A stretch of 63,943 nt of DNA, counting the filler, from Octopus bimaculoides (taxonomy: Eukaryota): the NCBI RefSeq assembly GCF_001194135.2. It is 5 parts of 5 records of this genome, joined end to end, with 100 filler letters (N's around TTAATTAATTAA, not from the genome) between each part and the next. Parts side by side here need not be neighbours in the genome. Positions count along the whole stretch, not along the records: positions 49,524 to 58,186 come from NC_068996.1; positions 58,287 to 59,798 come from NW_026350110.1; positions 59,899 to 63,943 come from NC_069003.1; 2 more parts are not named here. One strand, 5' to 3'. Under the pieces are notes generated by a model. It saw nothing but the letters and a program-made list of their open reading frames with translations. It searched no databases and was not told the origin of the DNA. Shown here one piece after another: positions 52,380-63,943 of this stretch (position 1 is the first letter of the stretch; the number at the start of each line of letters is the position of its first letter). Made by a program: the position numbers and the translations under genes.

Positions 52380-52644
52380 NNNNNNNNNNNNNNNNNNNNN
52401 NNNNNNNNNNNNNNNNNNNNNNNNNNNNNNNNNNNNNNNNNNNNNNNNNNNNNNNNNNNNNNNNNNNNNNNNNNNNNNNNNNNNNNNNNNNNNNNNNNNN
52501 NNNNNNNNNNNNNNNNNNNNNNNNNNNNNNNNNNNNNNNNNNNNNNNNNNNNNNNNATATATATATATATATATATATATATGCATATATATATATATAT
52601 ATATATATATACAGTTATACATATATGTATATATTAATATCTAC

Positions 52645-52676
<32 letters not shown>

Positions 52677-54543
52677 ATGCACACACATATATACGTATAT
52701 ATAAATATGAGTATAGACATACACATTCTCTCTCTCATGTATGTGTGCATGTGTACACGACCAGATGTATGAATGTGTGTGGAGGGGGTGCTGTTTGCTT
52801 ATTAACTGATCTATACAATGTCACATGAGTTGGAGTTTCGCCAATTCTCTGCTTTTCAGGATAATGTCATTATCCGATGAGCCAAAACGCTGGCGAAAAT
52901 CCCATTCGTCCTATGACATTTTAAACTTTAGCTGATAATAAACAAAAATATATCATACTCTGCAGATTATATCGAACGGTACCCATGCTGAGGCAGCGTC
53001 TCCTTTAACCCTTATTTTTTACTTTTTCCAGTCATTGGATTTTGGCCATGCTGGGCACCACCTTGAAGGAGTTTAGCCAAAATATATCAAACCCACTACT
53101 TATATTTTATCGCTTACTTGTCTTAGTCTGAGAACTGCCGTTAAGCGTTTAGTCAAGCGAATGAAAGCTAATGCTCATTTTTTAAGCCTAGCATTTATTC
53201 TATCGGTCTCTTTTTACCGTAAAGTAGTGAGGCTTTGCAACAATTTAGTTTCGGGTGCAAGACCCACCGTGCGATACATTGAGCAAGTGTTTCTACTTTA
53301 CCTCAAGTCGAACCAAAGACTTGTGAATACATTTGGTAGATAAAAACTCAGTGGAAGCCTACACTTCACACACACACATACATGCATACATACATACGTA
53401 CATACATACATACATACATACATGCATGCATGCATACATACATACATACATACATGCATACATACATACATACATACATACATGCATACATGAGTATGTA
53501 CATTCATACATACATACACGTGTGTATCTGTGCGTTTGTCCTGCCCACTATCAATTAACAACCGGTGTTGGCTAGCTTATGTCCACCGAAACACGGCAAA
53601 AGAGTGGCAATAGAGTATGTGCCAGACTTTGAAATAATTATTGAGATCGATTTGTTGGAGAATATCCCTTTCAATGCGGTTCACAACATAGTCACAGTTC
53701 AATGGTGTATGTGTGTGTGTGTGTGTAAACAATTGCANNNNNNNNNNCAATGGTGTATGTGTGTGTGTGTGTGTGCGTGTGTGTGTGTTGACGAACTAGC
53801 CATATACATACGTATATATATTTGTAGATGTCTGTGTTTCCCTTTGTTCTCAAGCATCGCTTTACTTCCGGTATTGGTCACTCTACGCGCAGTTTCTGTC
53901 TACGAAATTCATTTGCATGACATTTGGTCAGTTCAAATCTATTGTACAAGAAACTTGTCCAAGGTGCCGCGCATTAGGACTGAAACCGAAACCACTTGAT
54001 TTTAAAGTGAGCTTCTTAACCTCATAGTCATGCCAACGCCTATATATATGTATGTGTGTGCATGTGTACATACACACACACACTCATATATATATATATA
54101 TATATATATATANNNNNNNNNNNNNNNNNNNNNNNNNNNNNNNNNNNNNNNNNNNNNNNNNNNNNNNNNNNNNNNNNNNNNNNNNNNNNNNNNNNNNNNN
54201 NNNNNNNNNNNNNNNNNNNNNNNNNNNNNNNNNNNNNNNNNNNNNNNNNNNNNNNNNNNNNNNNNNNNGTATGTATGTATACGACGGTATTCCTCACAGT
54301 TTCTGCCTACCAAATCTACTCACAGGGTTTTGGTGGGTCCGGGTCTACGGTACAACGCACTTGCCCAAGGTGTGGAACAGAACCCAAAACCACGTGGTTG
54401 AAAAACGAGCTTTATTACCACCTAGCTACGGCTGTGCATTCACCGCAAAAATGAAAAAATATCAACCACGTGATTACCTGGTTTCTAATCAATATATCCT
54501 GGTTCTCTATACGTTTGTCTTTGATAATAAGAAGTCTATGTAT

Positions 54544-54576
<33 letters not shown>

Positions 54577-55055
54577 AAGAGAGAGAGTGTGTGTGCATTG
54601 TGTGTGGGTGTGAGTGTGTACATTGTGTGCGCAATGTATGTAGTGTGTGTATATGTGTGTGTGTGTGTGTGCATGTGTGTGTGTGTGTTACATGCCTATG
54701 TATTATGCGTATGTATATAGTATATGAAAGTGTGCATGGCGCATTTATGTGTAATGTGTGAGAATGTATAGTGCGTGTGTGTATAATGTGCGTGTATGTA
54801 TAATGTGCGTGTATGTATAATGTGCGTGTATGTATAGTGTGTGCGCGAAAAACTGTGTGAATATGCTATGCTAGAATTATGCAAGTTTTAAGAGAGATAG
54901 GATGTATATTTAGGAGAACGTTCACACACGCAGACACAGATCACATACTCGGACACACAAACATATCTTTCACTCGTACACAAGCATTATATGTTTTTAT
55001 GTTTAGTTATAATAAAAACCATTTTACATTAACCTGAAGGGTTTTATTTATATAG

Positions 55056-55124
<69 letters not shown>

Positions 55125-55352
55125 CATGTGAGTGTGCGTGTATACAATACGTATATACATAATTATTTTCTTTTACTTGTTTCAGTAATTAGACTGTAGT
55201 TGCGGCCATGCTGGGGTACGGCCTTGAAGAATTTTACTCGAACGAATCATCCTGTAATTTTGTTGTTAAACCAGGCACACATTTTTTTCGGTGTGTTTTG
55301 CCGAACATGAACACCGCTTGTCAAGCGGAGTTGAGACCTAACACAGGCACAA

Positions 55353-55399
<47 letters not shown>

Positions 55400-56101
55400 T
55401 ACACACACACACACACACATGACGGTCTTCTTTCAGTCTCCGTCTACCAAATCCACTCACAAGGCTTTGGTCGGCCTGAGGCTATTGCAGAAGACACTTG
55501 CCTAAAGTGCCATATATATATGTGTGTGTGTGTGTGTGTGTCGTTTGGGGCACAAGGGTTCCAAAGAATTTTACTCTTCTTCTTTTCTTTTTCCAGGACG
55601 ATATTCANNNNNNNNNNNNNNNNNNNNNNNNNNNNNNNNNNNNNNNNNNNNNNNNNNNNNNNNNNNNNNNNNNNNNNNNNNNNNNNNNNNNNNNNNNNNN
55701 NNNNNNNNNNNNNNNNNNNNNNNNNNNNNNNNNNNNNNNNNNNNNNNNNNNNNNNNNNNNNNNNNNNNNNNNNNNNNNNNNNNNNNNNNNNNNNNNNNNN
55801 NNNNNNNNNNNNNNNNNNNNNNNNNNNNNNNNNNNNNNNNNNNNNNNNNNNNNNNNNNNNNNNNNNNNNNNNNNNNNNNNNNNNNNNNNNNNNNNNNNNN
55901 NNNNNNNNNNNNNNNNNNNNNNNNNNNNNNNNNNNNNNNNNNNNNNNNNNNNNNNNNNNNNNNNNNNNNNNNNNNNNNNNNNNNNNNNNNNNNNNNNNNN
56001 NNNNNNNNNNNNNNNNNNNNNNNNNNNNNNNNNNNNNNNNNNNNNNNNNNNNNNNNNNNNNNNNATATATATGTATATATATTTGTGTTATATATTTGAG
56101 T

Positions 56102-56141
<40 letters not shown>

Positions 56142-57941
56142 CTTCTGTGAATAATTGGAATGCGGCCATACTGGGGCACTATAATGAACGATTTTAGTCT
56201 TAGAGATCGACCGCAGTATATACTTCATTATTTTTTTTTATATCTGATAATTATTGCACCTATTTCTTTTGCCAAAATTCTAAGTTACGTGTACGGAAAC
56301 AAACCAACACCGGATGACCAGTGGTTGTGGGATACATACACACACACACACACACTCATATATATATATATATATATATATATGACGAGCTTTCTTCAGT
56401 TTCCGTCTACCAAATACATTAACACGTATTTGATGGGCCTGGTACTGTAACAAACGGAACTTATCCAAAGTGCCGTGCAGTCGGACTGAACCCCAAACCA
56501 TATGGTTGAGAAACAAAGTTCTTATACTGACAGAGTCACTCAAAGGCCGAAAGCTTCGTGCATTTGCCCTTGAGTCTGTCTGTCTTCTGCCAATTAATAA
56601 TGTACAGGTGGCGTGGAAGCGGTACGAGGTTTAATCTACAATCCAGGCTTGACACATTTACCCCAGGGTGAAAACTTGAAAGACAAAAACTAATATATTT
56701 TATCTCGGTTGATTTATGAGCTACGCCATATTCTGTTATATATANNNNNNNNNNNNNNNNNNNNNNNNNNNNNNNNNNNNNNNNNNNNNNNNNNNNNNNN
56801 NNNNNNNNNNNNNNNNNNNNNNNNNNNNNNNNNNNNNNNNNNNNNNNNNNNNNNNNNNNNNNNNNNNNNNNNNNNNNNNNNNNNNNNNNNNNNNNNNNNN
56901 NNNNNNNNNNNNNNNNNNNNNNNNNNNNNNNNNNNNNNNNNNNNNNNNNNNNNNNNNNNNNNNNNNNNNNNNNNNNNNNNNNNNNNNNNNNNNNNNNNNN
57001 NNNNNNNNNNNNNNNNNNNNNNNNNNNNNNNNNNNNNNNNNNNNNNNNNNNNNNNNNNNNNNNNNNNNNNNNNNNNNNNNNNNNNNNNNNNNNNNNNNNN
57101 NNNNNNNNNNNNNNNNNNNNNNNNNNNNNNNNNNNNNNNNNNNNNNNNNNNNNNNNNNNNNNNNNNNNNNNNNNNNNNNNNNNNNNNNNNNNNNNNNNNN
57201 NNNNNNNNNNNNNNNNNNNNNNNNNNNNNNNNNNNNNNNNNNNNNNNNNNNNNNNNNNNNNNNNNNNNNNNNNNNNNNNNNNNNNNNNNNNNNNNNNNNN
57301 NNNNNNNNNNNNNNNNNNNNNNNNNNNNNNNNNNNNNNNNNNNNNNNNNNNNNNNNNNNNNNNNNNNNNNNNNNNNNNNNNNNNNNNNNNNNNNNNNNNN
57401 NNNNNNNNNNNNNNNNNNNNNNNNNNNNNNNNNNNNTATATATAAATATATACATGGGCTTTCTTTCAGTTCCGCCTACCAGATCCAATCACAGATCTTT
57501 TCCCAAGATGCTACGCAGTGGGACTGAACCTGAACCCAAAACCATTCAGCGTGGAAGTAAACTTGTTACCACACACCCACGTCTTTCAAAGAAACCTAAA
57601 ATAATTTGCTTTCGACTGTGAAACCTCAAGGAGCAAAAGCTATAAACACCAGCATTTAAATATTGGGTTAAAAACACTTTGGTTGGAAAAAGTCGAAGGC
57701 AGCCTGAGGGAGTCGAACTCACGTCTTTCGAAGTTTATAAATTCCTATGACGTAAAGAATATGGTAGTGCGTTTTCTGGTTCAGTCCCACTGTGCGGTAC
57801 TTGGGCGAGTGTCTTCGCGTCTTCTACGATAAGCCCTAGGCTACAGTACATTATAAATCAACATTGTAAAGGAATTTGATAGATGGAAACTGTGGAAGCC
57901 TACCATACATACATGCATACATACATACATACATACATACA

Positions 57942-57972
<31 letters not shown>

Positions 57973-58140
57973 CGTAGGCATGGATGTGTGGTTAAGAAAC
58001 TCGTTTACAACCATGTGGTTCCGAGTTCAGACCCACTCATCAACACCTTGGACAAATGAATTTTACTCTAGCCCCGAACTGTCCAATGCCTTATGAGTGA
58101 ATTTGTTTAGTGGAATCTGTGTGAGACTTATCGTGTGTGT
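50460..58140. repeat. Dense field of SINE copies (for example 51570-51720, 51790-51975, 53860-54030, 54280-54420, 55170-55510, 56150-56530, 57455-57575, 57770-57900, 57974-58140) interleaved with (TA)n, (CA)n, (CATA)n, (GATA)n and N gaps
   Basis: Homology to the SINE copies at 11988, 15400 and elsewhere; simple repeats seen directly. Confidence 0.85.
52832..52920. other. Imperfect hairpin whose two arms each resemble a hammerhead core
   Basis: Plus strand: AATGTCAT..CCGATGA-GCCA-aaacgc-TGGC-GAAA..GTC-ctATGACATT. Minus strand: CTGAAAA-GC..TGGC-GAAAC. Centred on GGATAATG-T-CATTATCC. Confidence 0.4.
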
Positions 58141-58145
58141 ATGTA

Positions 58146-58186
<41 letters not shown>

Positions 58187-58286
58187 NNNNNNNNNNNNNN
58201 NNNNNNNNNNNNNNNNNNNNNNNNNNNNNNTTAATTAATTAANNNNNNNNNNNNNNNNNNNNNNNNNNNNNNNNNNNNNNNNNNNN

Positions 58287-58323
<37 letters not shown>

Positions 58324-59407
58324 TATATTTAGGTTAACAGGCAGTTTACTGCCGTATAAAAGTGAAAGTAAGATACCCTTAAAAATTATGAAAGTGTGAA
58401 ACTGAAAGTGATGACAGTAACATGCCATTATTTTATGTAAACTGTGTGTGTGACCAATGAAAAGAATCTACGTATATTTAATACTAACTTAAAAGCTGCA
58501 CTCCATGCAGACTTTTAAGCTAGCTCCTGTAGAGCGCTAATTGGGGTCCCAGACCCAAACTAAAGGGAGCTAAATAGCATGTGTATAACGACTATATGCC
58601 CTGGTGGTGTTTGATCAGAGGTTAAGATGGATGAGAATTTGTTCTGTAATGAAATCATTCTATTGTTCCAATCCCAAGTTGAATTCCAGCTGTTGGCTTG
58701 GTGAAAAATTCACCTTGATGTAAAATTAACGATGTGAATGTCGTTTAGCTCTCCCTTCATATCTGATGATATCTGACAAACGCCAACCGAGATGGCATGA
58801 ATCAGCCAAACTTTACCAGTTACAAAAAACAATCCAAATGCTTTTAAATTAGATTCCAATGCTGTATGTTCAATAACCAAATGAAGGACATATTTTCACT
58901 TCCAAGATCGTCCTGATTCTAAAAAGTAAAGCAAATATAGACTGAGATACAGAATTGTGCATTTATTATTATAGAAAATATGAAAGTCATACATATATTT
59001 TATATAAGATGAAAACAGTCACAGTTATGGGAAAATATAACAGCCAGTGATCCATGAACTTTGTTTCACTACACTCTGTTATGAAGATATTATCTAAATA
59101 CATCCTTATTAGTCCCATATTATCACTTGAATTTCTTCTTGGCCAACATTCATTGCTCTTCTATAGCTTGTGTTTGGATACTGTCGCTGTTTAGATCAAC
59201 AAATTTGAGTGAATGGCTGCTGACAACTTCATGAGTATAGAAGTTGCTGGGACTCGCACAGGGAAGCCATCACATCAGACATCAAACCTGTTCCTAGCCT
59301 TTGTCGTTTCTGGTATCCTAATTGACTTTCATTACTGTTAGGAGATTTAACTTTCACTTTTCTAAGATTGTAAACTGCATGTTAACCAATATATATATAT
59401 GTGTATA

Positions 59408-59473
<66 letters not shown>

Positions 59474-59681
59474 AATATATATATCTATATATATACACAC
59501 ACACACACACATATATTACATATATGTGTATATATACATATATATATACAATATGTATATATACATACATATATACAATATGTATACTTGTATATTTATA
59601 TATATATATATATGTATGTATATATATATATATAAATATATATAAATATATGTAAATATATATATATATATGTATATATAA

Positions 59682-59714
<33 letters not shown>

Positions 59715-60849
59715 TGCATATATATATATATATAAATGTATATGTATGTATACGAGTGAGTGGACAAACGAAAGAAGGGCACTCAACCAATTTATTGGNN
59801 NNNNNNNNNNNNNNNNNNNNNNNNNNNNNNNNNNNNNNNNNNTTAATTAATTAANNNNNNNNNNNNNNNNNNNNNNNNNNNNNNNNNNNNNNNNNNNNAC
59901 TGTCACAACAATCAAGATTATACTATTCATAGCCTTACTAATTTCCACCTTTTGCATGTTAAGAGCCACAGATTAACAACAAAGATCGGGGGGGGGGTAG
60001 TGGGGGGGGGCTGAGTTTTGACCCCCCACCCCCAAAAAAAAGTGGAGGTTAGGGGAAGTAGAGTTTGGAGCCGAGGTGACTATGACGACGATGAAGGTAA
60101 TGTTAGCAAATTACAATGAATTAAAAAAAATAATAATCCAGATAATAAAAATTATAATAATAATAATAATAAAGATAAAGAAAGATATTGTAAATGAATG
60201 TCCAAGATGTGGAATAAAGTGTTTCTTGTTCTGAATGATGACACTGATGATGTTTGTAAGAAGTTACTCCAAGACGGCTTTGCAATGCGATATCTGGCAA
60301 GATCTAGGCAAGGATTAAGATTCTTGGGAGACCAAGGACGGGATTAATTGGAATTAAAATTCAATGACATTAATAAAAATAATTATTTCTAAACATGGGC
60401 ACAAGGCCAGAAACTTTATTGACTGGGGGTCGGGGAGTGGGGAAGGGGACTGGGAAGTGGGAGGGGGGTTGTTGTTTGTCACGGGAAGTGTGGTAGTAGT
60501 TAAATGATATTGGCTCCAGTAACTGACTGGTACTTTAGGTTTTATAAATCCCAGAAGGGTGAAGAGAGCAAAGTTGGCCTTGACAGGATTGGAACTCAGA
60601 ATGTAATAATAATGGTTTCTTTTTATTTGCCATCAAGGTGACAATAATAATAATAATAAATAACAACTGGAAGGTGCTATCAGGAATAAGGAAAAGAGAG
60701 AGGGAGTATGAAAAGGAAAGAGAGCAATGTTAACCTTGATGTGTCATACTGGTATAAATACAAGATGGGTTTCTAAATGATAGGGAGGAGACCAGACACA
60801 GTAAGAAACAGGTTGAAAGGAGACTGTCCCCAAAACATTGTGCAAAGGT

Positions 60850-61620
60850 GGTTAACTTTGATGGAATATCATTGCTGGATTATCATGTCTTGTTGCAAGA
60901 AAAAAAAAAACCCGACCCAGATTTGAGCAAATGCTCTTTTGCTTCTTGTGGAAGGGACAAGTTCTGCTGGCTAGAGGTCAATCAGCTGCGGATTCTTATT
61001 CCAAGGCCAATAACGAGCAGGAGCAGAGGATTAACACATCTGGAGAGATTATCTCTGAGTTGCAGTCTGGAGTCAAGCTCAAACAGAGACTGGACACTTG
61101 GCATCTGGAATGTTGCCAAATGCTCACTACAAATATCCTGCCAGCTGGACAAGAATGGTCCAACCCTCACAATTTCTGGAGATTGGAAGTGATTCCGGAC
61201 ATCAAAGACGAGGAGTCTGAGGAGTTCTCTTCTGAATGATTTTTCAGGCTGGGGGATAATTACCAAAAGTTCTTGGTCTGGCAGTGCTACAGGGAGAGTG
61301 AAGGAGTTTAGCCTGTTTAGGATCCATACGCTCAACAGGCATGACTGTGTTGGGGCTGCCAGCAACTGAACCTGTCTCATTTCACAATGTATAAAAGGTG
61401 ATGCAACACCAGCAAGCACTCATTTAAATGTCTGTGCCATGGTAATTTCTGGGTTTAAGTTGTACAGCTTTAATCACATGTAGGACGGATCTGGCCAACA
61501 GCCAGTCTACTGTGGAAATCAACCTGCCACCTTCCTTCAGCAAAGGAGAGGAGGAAGTCTTCTTCCAAAGGGTGGATATGGTGCAAGCTACCAGTCAAGG
61601 AGGGCACTAACTCCAAATAA
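60850..61620 (+). mobile_element. Tx1/L1-clade LINE 3' fragment, related to 45955-48240
   Basis: MLFCFLWKGQVLLAR; gataattaccaaaagttcttggtctggcagtgctac matches gacaattaccaaaaatccctggcttggcagtgcttcc in the other copy. Confidence 0.7.
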
Positions 61621-62224
61621 GAAATGACAGAATGATTCGATGATCCCAACCAGAATTTACTTGTTCCTAGTATACATTGATCCCAATATCTTAATGATTA
61701 TTCTATGCATGTGCATGTGGGCCTCATCCTTAGATGTAAGCACTAGTAGTATGTAATTAACAAAATGTTTTGCATTGGCTGATGAGACTAGAAGTGAGTG
61801 AGTATTCTTAATGTTATTTGTAATTAAAATTTATTAATTTATACAGCCAGCCATAAGTCATCTATGAAAACAAAGATCTTAAGATAAGGGGTAAACACAT
61901 TACTGATGCTTGAAATTAAATTAAGATTAACTCCCAAGAATGTTATCTAATTAGAGAGATTATCAACAAAGTCTGGTATCAATGACTACCTCCTCCTTGT
62001 ATTACTGGTACTTATTTTACCTGACAAGAAGGTCACCTAAGATTTAATATCAGAAGGTAAGGGAGAAAACTAGAAATATCCATTCCATATGGTCTGGTGC
62101 AGTACGCAGATATTTGGTAGAGTTAATGGAACTGAAGAAGGAAAGAGATGGAACAAATTACTGCAAGGAAGCATTTGCCTGAGGCCCTACCAATTTTACT
62201 ATAGTAATAATAATAATAATTAAT

Positions 62225-62440
62225 CCTTTCTACTATAGGCACAAGGTCTGAAATTTTGGGAGAGGGGTTAAGTCAATTACATCAACCCCAGGACTCCACT
62301 AGTACTTAATTTATTGATTCTAAAAGGATGAAAAGCTAAGTCGACCTCAGCAGAATTTGAACTCAGAATGTAAAGACAGACGAAATACTGCTAAGCATTT
62401 TGCCTGGCGCGCTAATGATTCTGCCAGCTTGTCACCTTAA
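62225..62440 (-). mobile_element. Full-length SINE of the 11988 family (further fragments at about 62640-62770 and 63180-63290)
   Basis: Reverse complement of gagctggcagaatcattagc..ttctgagttcaaattctgctgaggtcgac..gaccttgtgcctatagtagaaagg. Confidence 0.85.
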
Positions 62441-63943
62441 AAATAATAGGTACAGAGAAAAGCTAGTTTGTGGTTGGTTCAATGAATACACCACCACCTT
62501 GAGGATTGAACCCACACCGCTTCCATCATATTGCCATTTGAACTCAGAATGAAATAAAAAAAAACATTACTACATACTGATGGGTATCATCTAGTCCAAT
62601 GTCCCACCAATTCTGTTCCTCAGCTATTTATAACAATTACTAATTTCAAATCTTGGTACAAGGCCAGCAATTTTAGAAGAAGAGAGGTTAGTTGATTACA
62701 TTGACCTCTGTACTTGAGTTGTACTTTTTTTTATTGATTCTGAAGGGATGAAAAGCAAGGTCGACATGAATGAAACTTAATAATAATGAAAATGTTCAGC
62801 AGAGGCTGTTATGGGCTCAATAACTATATATACAGCATATTCACATATACTTACACACACATTACATGAGTGCATAATATAAACACACACATATTTCTAT
62901 AAATCACCCCTATTTTTTAATGTACTGAGTCTATCTACTGTGCTTGGCGTTCTCAATCTTCAGATTATGATGAACATGCGTGGGTACACATGCATGCAAA
63001 ACTGGGCAGTACCAACTTAGTAAATCTAAGCAAGATGTTGAATATGAGAATGCACAATGACTCAATGGGTAATCAGTGCTATGTTATGCCTATGTGCAGT
63101 AAAGAGGAAAGTCTCAAATATATATCTATTGTATGTACAGTGTCAAACTAGGGATGGGTGGGAAGAGGGAAAAATGTAGTCAATGAAAAAGCTAAGTCAA
63201 CCTCGGCAGGATTTGAACTCAGAACATAAAAGGTATGCAGCAGAATACCACAAGGAATTTGGTACAGCGCACTACCGATTCTGCTAAAAATGTTAATGTT
63301 GATAATGGCAATAACGATGATGGTAACGATATTAATAATGATTAACTGTAATAATGATAATAATAATAAAATAAATAAATAATTAATAAAAGAATGTGTA
63401 GAAACTAGGAATGTTCTGACCAAGTTTTCAAAATTCGAGGTAGTTAAGGAACGATGCCGTGTCCGTAGTAAAGGGTATGTATGTGTGTGTATGTGTGTGT
63501 GCATGTTTCTGTGTATACAAATACTCAGAAGTGTTTGTTTCATATAATCTCTTGAAAAATGGCATGAGGAAAATGGTAAATGAGGAATTTGGAAAGTGTG
63601 AAGAAATCCCCCTTTATAAAATGGGACAAATGACTTGATATAAATAATATACATTTAAACATGCACACACACACACAAATATGCACTTGCATACATACAC
63701 ATATATATATATATGCACACACACACCCATATAAATTTAATCACTTGCCTAATTCATCATTACCATCATACCCTGGGTACCTTTAGGAGTCAACTCTGTT
63801 GTAAGTTTTTAAGCCATGTCTCTGGGGCCAAAGTATAACTTCCTGCCACCCTTGCACCAGTCGTGAAGGCCTGGAAAAGGATCATTGGTAATCCTTACAT
63901 TGGCTAACTCACTCTCTCCCTCTCTCTCATGCACACACACTTT

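Noticed and set aside
56540-56565. GGCCGAAAGCTTC, the 3' half of a hammerhead
   Set aside because: The 5' core and stem I are not convincingly present (SINE boundary).
49835-57621. Long ORFs of 120-300 aa in the ORF track
   Set aside because: They are made of N runs and (TA)n/(CA)n repeats; no coding evidence.
57685-57745. Minus-strand tRNA-like 3' half (GTGAGTTCGACTCC..TTTTT)
   Set aside because: No A box or D arm and no closed cloverleaf.
58740-58945. Strong minus-strand acceptor (tttgctttactttttag|AATCAGG)
   Set aside because: All three frames close within 25 codons and no partner exon or homology was recognisable.
59225-59320. Minus-strand GYQKRQRLGTGLM resembling a GNAT motif A
   Set aside because: A 29-codon frame with a poor acceptor and no other GNAT elements.

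Overview
AT-rich animal genomic scaffold with assembly gaps. The SINE families and dense microsatellites look like a coleoid cephalopod (octopus-like); this is pattern recognition, not a database result. One intact host gene is visible: a spliced + strand 144-aa four-EF-hand calmodulin-like protein (coding exons 10750-10887, 15114-15208, 18753-18954) with a candidate TATA/Inr promoter and non-coding first exon near 6.05-6.11 kb. A heavily decayed ionotropic glutamate receptor/IR-like pseudogene probably lies at 33.5-34.8 kb on the - strand. The rest is mostly decayed transposable elements: a Helitron, HERO-like and R4/Dong-like RLE LINEs, RTE, Tx1/L1, Penelope-like elements (PLEs) with hammerhead motifs, Chapaev3, mariner and many tRNA-derived SINEs. 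The most unusual structures are four. (i) A 309-bp unit carries a tRNA-Thr(TGT)-like cloverleaf on an extended stem and is arranged as one inverted plus two tandem copies inside an (ATT)n tract (28964-29784). (ii) A 171-bp-arm palindrome lies inside an intron of the EF-hand gene. (iii) Several hammerhead ribozyme motifs are present. (iv) CpG decay differs sharply between about 1-24 kb, 27-58 kb and beyond 60 kb, visible in copies of the same SINE.
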